Source of the DNA: Negaprion brevirostris
Taxonomy: Eukaryota
Direction of reading: 5' to 3'
DNA: 64,000 nucleotides
Assembly (NCBI GenBank): GCA_030324005.1
Contig: JARDVH010000137.1
Location: 19,158,863-19,222,862 of the forward strand
The translations under genes and the position numbers were made by a program. The notes under the pieces were generated by a model, which saw only the letters and a list, made by a program, of their open reading frames with translations, was not told the origin of the DNA and did not search any database. Each line of letters opens with the position of its first letter. Within the stretch, counting starts at the first letter, position 1. Positions 25,622-38,640 of the stretch are shown here, piece after piece.

Positions 25622-27059
25622 CGTTAGTTCTTCAGTGAGCACTATAACATAGGAGTGTGTGTCGTGATAACAGAGCTTTTGGAAAGAGTGACCTTTTTAC
25701 ATGGAGTGTCAAGTGTATGCAGGCCTTCACCAATGGTTTTCACAATTTTTATGTTGAGATGAAAAAGGATAGATACCTAGTCTTAACTCTTCGGTACCTA
25801 ACTGCTGCGCCACAAAGTTCTCTCCAGCTCGTTGCAAGCAGAGCAGAGCAGTGCACCATGAGAATGAAGATGGGGAAGGGGGTGTGGAGTAGGTAGGGAC
25901 TCTGCTCAGAGCACCTCCCGTCGGTGCCCATGGGCTGTTTGGTTTCCAAATATCTTAGCTTACCACTGCACGGATGTGCCTTCTAGCTCTGCTGAAGTGA
26001 CGGGCTGCATCACTTTTGAGTAGCAGAAAAAGAGCAGAGATAGTTGCATAAAAATATGCTTATGGATGTGTTTCACAATGTTATGTTATTAAGTTTCTGT
26101 TTAGTTTTTCGAGATATCTACAGAGTACTTACACCAACTTCCCACCTTGCCTGCTTTTGCTTGCTGCCAGCCAAATGGTGGCTTTACTTGTGATAAATGG
26201 CAAGAAAAGACCAAGACAAGCAATGGATATCTGTGAAAGGGATGTTTTGTTTGTTTTGGAGGGAAGGGTACAGTGATGTGGTAACTGGGTTCAGCATATG
26301 TTTGCCAGATGGCTACACTGGTATAACCTAAAAGATTCTGCCTTCATGGGGGGCACCCTGGGCAGCAATTTGAGCTGCTGCTGGTGCCATGGTCATGTCA
26401 TGTCCCTCCTCTCTACGTTGCTATTCCTGCAGTTCCAGTTGTCACTGATTTGTAGTGTAGGGTCATTACAAATCTGTCAAGGCACCCGAAGCTTCATCAT
26501 CTGAGTTACTTGCTCTCAGACACATCTCGTCATGTTATGGCTTTCATTCTGGTACTCATGGGTCTTATTGCTTGACATCCCAGGTGTCATCAGCATCATT
26601 TAAATCTTTGTCCTTCAGCAGCCAGCTGGTAATTCTGTTCCAAGAACTCTGGGAGGGTGAGCTGACAGTGAATGCATCACAGCAGCTGCCTGGGAATCTT
26701 GCACATTACGGCAAGTTCCACGTGGAAGAGTGGAAACTGTTACTGTTCACAAACTCATTTGGATGGCTTGATTGCCACGTGTGCAGGCAGTAATGTCCTA
26801 CATGCCTACGGGGACTGAAATGCCTTATCCACCCTGTTAATCGCTTTTTGATTTGATGTTTTAAATTTCATTTGTGGTTTGCTTTTTGATTCAGGCAGTA
26901 TCCTCAAAAAGGGCTGCCCCTTTAATTTGTCCCTCAGTTTGTTTGATTTTATCTTAATTGATTTGCCAAAATAGGACAATGATGTCCTACAAAACATTAC
27001 CACTGATGCAAACAATCAGAATGAGTGATGCTCAAGTTTGCAGCTCTGGCTGGCTTCTG

Positions 27060-27400
27060 TAAGTGTATGTGACTATCTTGGTTGGCAGAGATGGCATTGG
27101 TCACTTGTGTGATGCATTTATGGGCAACTGACTGCAAAATCGTGCAAATATTTTGTGCAGATCCCTGGAGAGAACCTGTGGAAAATAAGTTGAAAGCAGT
27201 GGTTACTTTGACAAACACAGGTACAGTCTGACCATCAGATGCCCTTGGCAGCAGGTGGTCTTCCACCACGTTGCTAATGTTTGCAACGACCTGACAGGAT
27301 GCCCCAAGCTTCTTGAGGCATTGGTATGAAGTTGTCTCTAGGATACTAATCCTGTGGCTATACATACCCTGCGTTTAGGTCATTGCCTTCTGCAAAGCTG
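27060..27400 (-). mobile_element. PIF/Harbinger transposase (HARBI1-like) remnant
   Basis: ORF 26997-27365: VPVFVKVTTAFNLFSTGSLQGSAQNICTILQSVAHKCITQVTNAI matches the LPVAVKVT.ALNFFA.GSFQ...D..ISQ..AH.CI.QVTDAL pattern. Confidence 0.8.
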
Positions 27401-27457
27401 TACCTCAGTGTTTGTCTGCATTCCAAGGTAAAGCAACACCCATTCTGAGATATAGTG

Positions 27458-27545
27458 AGAAGTCTCACCACACCAAGTTAAAGTTTTTTATTTAGTTTAT
27501 TTGGAATCACGTTTTTGGAGCGCTGCTCCTTCATCAGGTGAGTGG
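27458..27545 (-). mobile_element. Penelope-like element terminus with a degenerate minimal hammerhead ribozyme (27507-27541)
   Basis: Minus strand reads UCAC CUGAUGA A GGAGC-AGC-GCUCC AAAAAC GUGA; related terminus fragments at 28830-28880 and 57288-57357. Confidence 0.7.
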
Positions 27546-30500
27546 GTCTTAGATCTTATTCTTAGATATCCAAGTCAGATGAAAGTGGAGATCAGATGCA
27601 CAAACCTCCAGTGCAGCAAAAGTCACTTCCAAAGCAGCAGAAGCCACTAAAAGCAAACTTTCAGAACGAGCCTTGTGAGCAAAAGCCTTTCACCAGGCAA
27701 GGAGGCAGGTGTGAAATCTCAGTACTCAGGGATTTTTGCCTGTTGTATGTACAGCCCCTTCAATTGCTGCTANNNNNNNNNNNNNNNNNNNNNNNNNNNN
27801 NNNNNNNNNNNNNNNNNNNNNNNNNNNNNNNNNNNNNNNNNNNNNNNNNNNNNNNNNNNNNNNNNNNNNNNNNNNNNNNNNNNNNNNNNNNNNNNNNNNN
27901 NNNNNNNNNNNNNNNNNNNNNNNNNNNAGCTGAGCAAGCTGCACTTAAATACAAATGTCGACAGGTTGGAACTGGCTTTCCAACACAGTTGATTAAAACA
28001 TTTTTAACCACCCACCACTCCCAACCAACCTGCTGTGTGAAGTTAAAATTTCTCCACTTGCCTTTTAAAATGCTGTTCAAGTTATTGTAAAATATTGTAA
28101 AATACTTTCCCTGTCACTTTTTATGACTTTCTGTATTTATCCTTCCCAATGCAATGATTCGTTTTAAAATTATTTCTGAAATCTTAAAAGCTTTGGAAAA
28201 TCTCTGGAGATTTTGGACATTTTCAATTGAAGGTTGTAGTTTAAAAAACATACATTTGAGGTTGAGGGAATGGGGGCAGTGGCAAACGAATTTGAAATGT
28301 CAGTGTGGGTATTGATATCTTCATGTGGTCAAAATTTCACAAGTGTGCTTATCAAAGTCCTACAATTTCAACAGAACAATACTGGGCTATATTGGCATCT
28401 AAACCCTCTGGCCACACCCTAGATATCAGAAGTCATTGTTCCAATGCAGCACAATTTATTCTCATGTCCTAACTAGATTTCAGAATATTTCAAGGTTACA
28501 TGTTTGAACTTCAAAAGATTCAAACACTTCAATATCCCTCCATGATATCTCTAAATAAAATCCTTGCAAATTCTCCAGGGTTTTGTATTTTGATGTTTAA
28601 ATACTTCATTGTTAAAGTAGTTGTGGTATCAGGTGGTTCGTATGTGGGTTAAAAGAGGTGGCTACTGGAACACTAAAGATGAAATGGTCATTGTAAATAT
28701 TTAAAAATTAATGAAAGTGGTTTTATCTCACCTGCTTTAGTTTGGATATAGCAGTCACATCATTGTCTTGTGTTACAAATTAGATTCTGTTCCTTTTCAA
28801 ACCATTTATTATCAAACGTTCAAACGTTTACTATCAAATAAACTGATTGGACTTTAACCTGATGTTGTGAGACTTCTTACCCTTTTCAAACCAGCCATTG
28901 AAATTGAGGGTATTAATTTTTCTAAACTTTCAAACTGACAACAATATGCTGTTGTTTTAATAAATCTGGCAGAAGATTATTTCAAATATAGCAAGCATTT
29001 CATTCTGTTATGTTTGGTTTCCATAACGCAAAGTCCAGTTCTTTCAATAATGGTACTTTTGAAATGTTCTTTTATTGTTGATCTTATCTGAGTAAGATCC
29101 AGGGTTATTGTGTATAACATCAACTTGCTGTTCTATTACACCCCTTCCATTGCTCTCCAGATAATAGCTGCAGAACTATAAAGATTATATTGATTGCTCA
29201 AAAATGGATGAAACAATGATTTTACAGAATTTAAAGCCTGTCTAAATGTTGCTTTAGGTCAGTAAAAGGATTTAACGTTAATATTTAAAATTAAAGATGA
29301 ATTTTGCTCTCTTATAGTTGAAAGCAGTTACGTTATTGTCAAGCAGAGAGTACTGGAACACCTTCAAACTATGCACTTATATTGTACATCAAAGTGTTTT
29401 GTTGTTATGTTGGAAGTCTGACTTTACCTTTCCCGTTATGAATCAAAATCTGTTATAAACTTGTCACATTAGGGTTTCAAGTAACATCTAGAGTTAGGTT
29501 ATAGTATAAGATCAACCTTAGTGAAGGGGGGACTGGCTGCTTGTTTGTGTTAGAACATGGCTCTTTCATGTCCAGAATTTAGGTTGTTCGATGTGATGGT
29601 AGTGTGTAATGAAGGGCTGAGTAATATTCACTCTGGAAAGGTTGGCTGTTTTATCTGATGATGCCTGGCTGATGTGAGCATATTGGACCAATGCTTTCAA
29701 CAAGAAATCAGGTGCTATAAAGGTTAGAAAGATGATTTGACTTGTCATCCGTGTTTGAAACTTCTGATTGTTTTTTAAGCTCCCTGATTGAAATTTGTAA
29801 TGAGTTTATTGTTTCAAATGGCAACAGAATCAGTGAAAATAGGAATTGGCAGTGAGCCCTAAATGATGATGGGAAAAATCAGCGGGAGCATTTATGCAAA
29901 ATTATTCTGGTTTCAAAACATTTAATCTTGCGAAAAGAAGCTTTTAAAGGGATGCATCTAACAATCTGGGACCATTATTTATGTTCCTACTTTTAGTTGC
30001 TATATCTGAGCAGCAACTTGCAGTTATCTAGTGGTACTTTACATTTTTTTGATCATTAAAAACCTATCTGGCAATTTCAACATCTTGAAATGATAACAAT
30101 TTTCCTACCCATAGAGTTTGTGGTAGTATTAAAGTATGTACTGAATTACCACTTTAAATCCTGTGGATAAAATTTCAGTCAATGTGCATTTACCATATAT
30201 CAAAATGATGAATCAAGTATCCTGTTACAGTCCTTTCTATTTTTTTAATGAATGTGGATTTCATATCGTACCTAATTAACTCAGTACTGTACGATAAACT
30301 CTTCAGAATGCTGAATTTGGATGGCAAGCAGAGTGTTACAAAGAGTTTTTTTAATAGGGGAATAATAAATGATGTCTGTTTCAAGTGATAGTTATTGTGA
30401 TTTTCCAGAAAGAAATGTTCTGTGAACTCCAAACAGTACTAACTTCATGTCAGGTTATGGGGATCACCCTGTTTACCCTGGAGCCCCCAGGCTCCCATCC

Positions 30501-33500
30501 AAACATNNNNNNNNNNNNNNNNNNNNNNNNNNNNNNNNNNNNNNNNNNNNNNNNNNNNNNNNNNNNNNNNNNNNNNNNNNNNNNNNNNNNNNNNNNNNNN
30601 NNNNNNCAAAATAATACAGAATAACTCGGATCAACAAAGCACCTTTGTTGCAGAGATCACTGTGAGTGAGCTCAGCTCTGGGACAGCCAGGGGAGATGGA
30701 ATGAGAACGTCACTCCCAGGAGCTGAATTAGAGGGGTTTAGAAAGGGAATTTGCAACAGGGAGAAAGACTGAAGTCTCCCTCACTAATGGGGGAATCAGA
30801 GAATGGAGATGGACAGGGACAGATTTGGAGGGACAACTGATGAGATTCCATCCTCCATCCGGCATCTCATCCTCTCTCAGTGACGTGGACATGAATAACA
30901 TCCGGCTGTGATTATTCACCAGCCTGTTACAGACTGACAGAGTTAGGTTGTAACGAGTGAGTCAGGCAAACAGAAAACTGTCCTGTCCCCCTGACCACAA
31001 CACAACACATCCTCCCAATACTGACAGTGATCAAGCATCAATCCATCCAACTGTCCCTCCTTGGGCCAAATCATAACTTCAATGTAGCCTGGTTATTAAC
31101 CTAACAACACTATTTAAACAGTGATACAATTCCCACACTCATTTCAGTTTTTCATTCTGTTTTCGGGATGTGAGCAGAATGATGAGCTGAGTGTTTAGCT
31201 TTAATGTCCTTTTCAGAAGGTGAACTGCAGTCTGTGTGCTGGAGGTACACCCGCAGTGCTGTTAGGGAGGGGTTTAACTCACTGATGGAGAAGCACTGAT
31301 AATATTTCTGAGTTTTGCTGGTGTGTGTGACTCTGGGAGCACTTGTTGCCTTTACCCTTCCAGTGGTGGCACGGAAAATCTGGCACTGGACAGGGATGGG
31401 TGCAGTAAGTAATCTCAGAACATCAGGTGAGGGACCTGGTGTTGTGTGAGGCTTCTCACTGTGTCCTTCTGGTGATGTACATTGCTACAAGGGGCAGGAA
31501 AGCAGCAGGTGTCATGGGACCCTCTCACCTTCAACTTATACACAGTCCCTGTGTGGCTATCCATCATCTCCCTCTTCACTGTCACTAGGTCGATAGTCGG
31601 AAATTCTTCGCACGTTTGCACTGCGCGAGGTTGGTTACCAGGGCTTTTCCTGGTGTAACCGGTGTCAGACAGGGTAAACTCACTCAGGATTCAATACTCA
31701 TCTCCCTCTACAACAGCTTGCTGCCGACTACCCAGATCACAGCTTTCCCCCGATCCTCCCCAGGACCTCTCCTACCTCTCCCAGCACCCCCCCCCTCCCC
31801 AAGTTAAAGTTAAGCATGTCTAAAGTGTCTCTGCATTGTTCTTTGAAAATATGTTTGGATTTCTTTTTAAAGACTGTGAAATGTTGCAACCTTCCAGATT
31901 TAAGTACTGTATTGGTTGAGCACTTCAAAATTACAATGCAGTATTTATCTAGCTTGTAAATACCACTTGCTTAATGATCTGCTTATATAAATCTTTAAGC
32001 CAGAGTGTCCATTCTACTCAGGAATTCCTACTTTACATCTGTTGTAGAAAATCTAAATGTATTGTCTAACAGTACTACTAAACTTTTAGACTGCCTTGTA
32101 TTTTGTAAATATATTTGAAATCGTGCAGTATAGGACGGTCCAAAAGTTGAATAAAATCCCAAAATGTGTTTTGTCAAATGGAAATCATTTCTGTGTTTTC
32201 TACCTTGTTCTGTTGCCTTGGCGGTATTGCAAGGGCGTTTATTTAGGTCAGTGTGTAAATGCCGGTGTCTGTGCTACACTGGCAACAATAGGAAATATAG
32301 AAATATGTTTTTGTAAAAAAAAAAAAATTTTGATTCTGTTAATAGGCTGGATGCAATGTTGAAACATTGTGGAATTTCTGAATCAATTGAATTTTGATAA
32401 GTAGGGTAAAGATGTTCTTTATCAGATGGTTGTTAAAGATATTAAGTGAAATGACTAGTTTCAATTCAGTTCCTAATGAACATGAGTCCGCAGCATAAGA
32501 CTGTCTTAGCAACCAACTGAGCACTGTGCTCAGAACGTAATGAAGTGCATGACGTTGCCAGGTCTTACTATTACACACACCTTCTGTACATTTGCATTTT
32601 CAGTTTAGCAGCATTGCTTGAAATATTTCTAGAAACTACTGTTGTGAGCCTGAGAGAAGACAGAGTTTGAATTTGGGCTGCTCCAACTTGTGCTTTCCCC
32701 CAGCCTTAATATGGGATTTTGTCAACACTACAAGTATTATCAGATGCAAGTGCCACCTGGGGATTTATTTCTATAGATTGTTGCCAGCATGCCATATTAC
32801 ATTAGTAGGAAGACTATTACAGAGCAGGAGTCTATTTTGGTTTTATATGGGTGTTGGGGGAATTTGGAGGGTGGGAGTGAGGTTTCCAGGTGCTGTGTGG
32901 ATCTGGACCTTACACAAGTAACAATGCTGNNNNNNNNNNTACAACTCATTTTTAAATGACTTTTGTTTCGGAACACTTGTATTCCATCATAAATCTCAGA
33001 AGTTGTATATTAAAGCATCCTGGTTCTTCCAGCACAAGAAATGAATACTTTGCCCATACCCTACCATTTCTGTCTCATCATAGCTACAAAATGTATGTTT
33101 TTTTAAACTGCTTTCAATATAACTTGTTCTGTGAGCACAATTAAATAGAAGCTGTCAATGTTTAAAATTGTTAATCGGATAGGAGTAAATGTGTTGAAAA
33201 TGACCTATTGTTACAATGGGGGATTTACTTTTTCCTGAAGACTGGAAACCCTTAAGCTAAACTTGAACTTACATACCCTGCCTGCTGGCTTGATGTGTTT
33301 TACTGAAGTTTAATGAGAGACTGTTATTTTGCCCTTACTCAGGGGAAAATTTAAAGCGTGTTGAATTGTGGAAATGCAGGCAACTAGACATAGATTTGAT
33401 TTTGATGTATCTCTGTTTTAAAAATGGAACAGGTTTTTGTATTTGATCATTCTTTTTCTTTCAAGCAAACATTGTGGTCAACAGACTGTATGTCTGTCAA

Positions 33501-36500
33501 ATGTTGTATGGAGGAACCAAAAGGAAGCCAGTGGTTTTAACAAGTGGATACAGAAGCTTAAAGGAAGCCTGGCTCTTGATTCACATAAACATGTAGAAAG
33601 CTGTGACCCAATGCTAATTAAGCAAAGGAGATTTTCTTTCATGTCCTAATGCCTGTTCCTCAAATTCCTTTTTAATCAAAAACATGGCAATTTATCTAAC
33701 TTTGCTTCCAGTAAGTATCCCTGTAGGCAAAAAGAGATCTTTTTGAAGTGATTGTTTTGTTTAAAATAGCATTTTACTACATCAACTGTTTTTTATATAA
33801 AAATCTAAGTAATTGACACATCCAAACGATTTTAAATAAATTAGATAAATTGGCCTGTTGTTATTATTTCCCCTACACTTGTTTGTTTTTAAACTGGTGT
33901 AATGTGGTACTCCATTAGGAAGCACTGTGAAGTTATCTGTTTTGAAATATGTACTGTGTGTACTATGTAACTTTTTAAAACCTGGCATTTATGGATCTGT
34001 GTATTCTCTGATTAGTTAACTTATAATGATGGATGGCTCTTTTATGATATTCACCATGGAAATAATTACTTCTAGAATATGATGGTACTGCACGTTTGAA
34101 TTGCAAAATAATGGTATCAAGATTTTTTTCATTCAATTTTCCATTAGACTTTTGCACTTCAATCAGCTGTATAAATTGATATCATCGCAATCTTAGAATT
34201 CTTTGAAGAACTCATGCCAGTAAAGCTGTAATTAACATCATTTCTGGATTTATTGGATCTTGTATTGAACGTTTGCCGTTGAACTTGATACTTGCTCAGG
34301 TTTAGTTTGCTTACAGTTGCACTTCTGAAATAGGCATGGTCATTTCACAGTTAATTGTAAATTTTATGTCCTAATACCATTACCCTAACGATAGTGTATA
34401 AGAAATGTGACAAAGCTCAAGTCTAGTTATGGTTCCATGATGGAATGCTGCTCTGTTCAGAACAGTCAAAAGCAATTTTGACCAATTTCATTAATAGCAA
34501 TGGTTTGAAACACTGGTTGGTTTTAATTGGTGCTAAAACAGTTGCATCAATGAGTGAACGATCAATGTAGACTCTCTCTCTCGCTCTCTCTCATTCACTT
34601 GGTTCATCACTGTTTATAAAAGCAATGTTCTGTCTCAGTATACTCAAGTGCCTGCGGTTCAGTTTTATAGTGTGGTGTATAGTAATTGCAAAATTCTGGT
34701 ATCAGTAAAAAAAAAAAACTCCACAGGGCAGCTAATATAAAGTGTAGTATTTGAGGTATGATTTTGTTCTCAATCGTGTTCACTGACTTAATCTGGCAGA
34801 TCTTAATTTGAGTTCAGTGAAAGATCACAACCGAATTCTGTTTAAGCAGTCTTTTCCTTAAAGTGTGCTGAATTTATACTTTGACCATTTCCTGTTAGGC
34901 CCAATATTAAAGTGGTACAGAGTGGAATCATAAAACTGATGCTACAGCTGGTGCTCTACTGTGGCAGAGGTGCATAAATCAGAACAATGCAAGGGAAAAC
35001 AGTTCTAGAAATAAGGCCATATGTATTTTGATTTTCGAAGACCTTGAGGTGAGAATGACAGCAATCAACTTTGACTCAATCAAGCTGGTTTATTCAGCTA
35101 TCAAACAACAATTTTATCCAAAAAGTATTTATGCTTATACCTATGTAGTACAGTTCAGAGCATAGGTTGAGCAAACTTTTGTTCTGAGAGAAACAGAGTT
35201 AATCTCTTGTAGATGGTTCTCAGTACTGAGAAATTAACTACTACACACAAATATCATTTGCTCTCCTGCCCATCTCTCTCAACCCACCCTCCTTTTTGTA
35301 CCAGCTCAAGTAGTTACTAAATAAGGCAAGGTCCCTTTGCTCCTCCCAAGAATTTTTTGTTACCATATAAGTTGTTTTTCTGCATTTCTGATCCCAACTG
35401 GCCCATTGGTTAAGAAGTTTGCTTTTGAGGTTTGCTGAACTGGTAGTTCACTCACTATTCTTCAGCTTCAGATGTAACATTGCTTATTATCATGTTCTTA
35501 CAGTGCATTATCATGAATCCTGGCTCTTATACTTCTGCACCCAGACTTAGGAATGTGGCACAGAATGTATAAGGGGAAAGTGTTCTATTTTCAGAACTGT
35601 CATCTTTAATTTTGAAGAAAGCCACACACTAGTGAGATCCACAGAATCTGATGTAAAGCAAGCTGTATGAATACATAAAGATAAGTACAGTACTTAAAGG
35701 TTTAATGTAATTTATCTTACATGACCAACCTAATAAAACCTGCGATGGGTTATGATCTTTTTGAGCTGCCCAGTTTTGTACAGGAAAGTATGGTATGCTT
35801 TTAAGTATGTGCACTAAAGCCTCATAAACATTGATTGTCTTGAAGTTTGTACTTTCAGTTTGTCTGCTGAAAGAAGGAATGCAATCTGTTTTATTTGTAA
35901 ATTTGCATTAATGTTCATTGTGATGTTTCTNNNNNNNNNNGGTAAGCACAATTGTAAAACAAGTTCTTAACAAAGCTACTGCTCTTTCTTTGACCTACAT
36001 TTGAAAGCTGATAATAATTCATGCATATTCATTTCTGTCGTATAACCTAGTTTATGGTGTTCTGTAATATAGATTGTACGCATTTGTTGAATCTGGGAGA
36101 AGGTTTGCCAAAGGTTTTTCCATTATTCATAGTTTATGCCTCTGAATCACTACTGAGGTAAAACCTGATCTAAATGCTGAAGGGAAACTTTGTTTACACT
36201 CAAAAGTGGTTTTGTTTACAATTGAAAAGTCAATTCTAAGATTGTCCTTGCCCTCGATAGACTGGGTAAGACTGTGATATCCTCAGTTATGAAGTGACAC
36301 TTTTTGATTCAGTGATGGGGAGCTGGCCTATCCATCTGTGGTAGAGAAAGAGGAGTTAGGAGCCCAGAAACTTAGCAACTTCTCCTATGCTTCCAATCAT
36401 TTCATCCCCTTGGTCCCAATGGAGTAGCAAGGCCCTTGATTACATAGTAAAAATCATATATTTGTTATTATTAGACATGCAACTATCCTTGATTATATTA

Positions 36501-36919
36501 TAAATGATTTCAACTATTATTTGGTCTCTTTTGATCATTTTAAATTAGGACATTAATTTTAGTATTTGCATTATATGTTTTGAAAGATTAAATTTATGCG
36601 CTGGTCAGCAATAAGATTCTGGTTTTAGATGCAACTTTTAACCATGTCAGTGGCTTGTTCTCTCAAGAGATTAAAGCAACATAACTTTTACACATGCTTC
36701 AATCATCTTTAAAATGCAGAATTACTTGTTCAATCTCAGGCTTTTTCTTCCAAAGAATAATGTGAATCTTAAATTGTTTGATTTGAGAAATAAAGTGATG
36801 GAAAACTCTACTGTCTTGGTAAACTTTTTCTTAGTGTGAATTTTTCCATTTACACAGCACTTAAAATGCATTAAAATACTCCTCCTGAGGGCAGCACCAT
36901 GAAAATGTGTCTTTATTCA

Positions 36920-37430
36920 GTTTACAAAGGCATGTGCAGATGGGGGAGGTTATTCAACCTGTCTAGCTCGTTCTTCCATAGAAAACAGTGATGTCTTTTC
37001 ATCAGTCTTGAATTTGATTTCCACTAATGGCCCTTTTGTCTCGCAGTTGAAGTTTAAATTAATTTCCTATTCCGATTTCCCTCTCCCAGTAAGTTTGGTA
37101 CCTTGCATTCCTTTATGTTCCCTTTCATTCAATTCATTTCAAGACTGAAAGGCTTGCATTTTTCTAGCCAATCCTTAATTCAATCCTCTGTCATTTAAAG
37201 TCATCTTTTGGTCTCTTTTGGCATTACCTTCAGGGACTGGATGTTTCCTTCTCACCTGGATAACTAGACCTACATGCACTCCTCAAAGTGACCTGACTAA
37301 AGCACTGTACAGTGTAAACATGACTGCATCAGACTTGCCATCTGGCAATATGGCTTAGCATCCTGTTTCATTGTTTACTGGTCCCTAACTGATTCAACAT
37401 AGTCTGTTAAATTGTCTCCTGTTCTTGCAA
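36920..37430 (-). mobile_element. Old CR1-type LINE 3' fragment
   Basis: Degenerate reverse CR1 text (ggaggttattcaacctgtctagctcg...tactcctcaaagtgacctgactaaagcactgtacag). Confidence 0.45.
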
Positions 37431-38422
37431 GTGTAATATTTAGTATTTGTTTAAAATGTTACCTTTTTCTAAATGTTGTCAAAAACCTGTTATTCACATT
37501 GGTTACCAACCCACTAACTTCATATAATTTGTGTAGTTTACTGAGTCAATTTGATTTCTAAGTCAGGGTCCAGTGTTGTTCAATGCATTCCATTCAGTAC
37601 ATCTCCCCAACATCATTCTCTCAACTGCTACCTGCCACTATTTCTCTTCAGCCAATTCCTTTTCCACACTCAGGAAGCCTACTTAATTTAAAACATAATT
37701 AAAAGTTTTCTTGGCACATAGTCAACCTATGTGCAGAAGAGACACCAGAGTCGAATCTCTCTCAGCTGAAACCATGCTGACTGCCAATTATTAGTTTTAT
37801 TTTTATTGTTCTAATCATCTAGGTTGTTTATAGCAATTCTGTTGTTTTTGCAGTGAATACAATGGCATAAATGTGTTCTGTTGATTCTGACAAACCAAAT
37901 CCCCCTCTAATGGCACATTTCTAGTTGATGTGGATAAATGTACATTCTCTTCAGCTCTCTGCAATAGGAAGATTGCAAATCTTTCTGTATATTGTGTTTT
38001 CCTAAAAGCATTGCTAAAATCAAGGAATTATTTCTACAATCTCATACTACGTTAGTGCACTAATAACCTTTCTGTTTAACATCCAGTCCTGGAATTGCAG
38101 ACTGTCTATATTTGGTTCTTATTTTATTTCATATGTTAATATGTTTTGTTTGGTGTTTTTATATATTTTCCATTGGTCCTTAGAGACATTATTCTAAATC
38201 AATAAATTAGCTCAACAAATGCACAATTAGCACATGCAAAAAATTGATAGATACACTTATGTAACTTATGCCCATCTTGAATTACCCATTGTCACCTTCT
38301 TGAACCACTGTGGTCCCTTTGGTGTNNNNNNNNNNNNNNNNNNNNNNNNNNNNNNNNNNNNNNNNNNNNNNNNNNNNNNNNNNNNNNNNNNNNNNNNNNN
38401 NNNNNNNNNNNNNNNNNNNNNT

Positions 38423-38640
38423 TCCATCTTTCACCCACGGTAAATTTGAGGTTATTCAAAACTCTGTTGCCCATCCCTGAAATTGCAGCAAGTTTTCTTC
38501 TACTGTCTATCACTCAAGTTAGCTGACCTACATTGGCTTCCAGCGAAGAAATCCCTCCTTTTTTTCAAAACTCACCTTGTAATTTTCAAATCCCTTCGTG
38601 ACCTCACCCCTCATTATTTCTATAATGTCCTCTGGCATTA
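38423..38640 (+). mobile_element. L2-type LINE fragment
   Basis: taaatttgaggttattcaaaactctgttgccc...agctgacctacattggcttccag (L2 ORF2 C-terminus, LHWLP-like). Confidence 0.6.
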
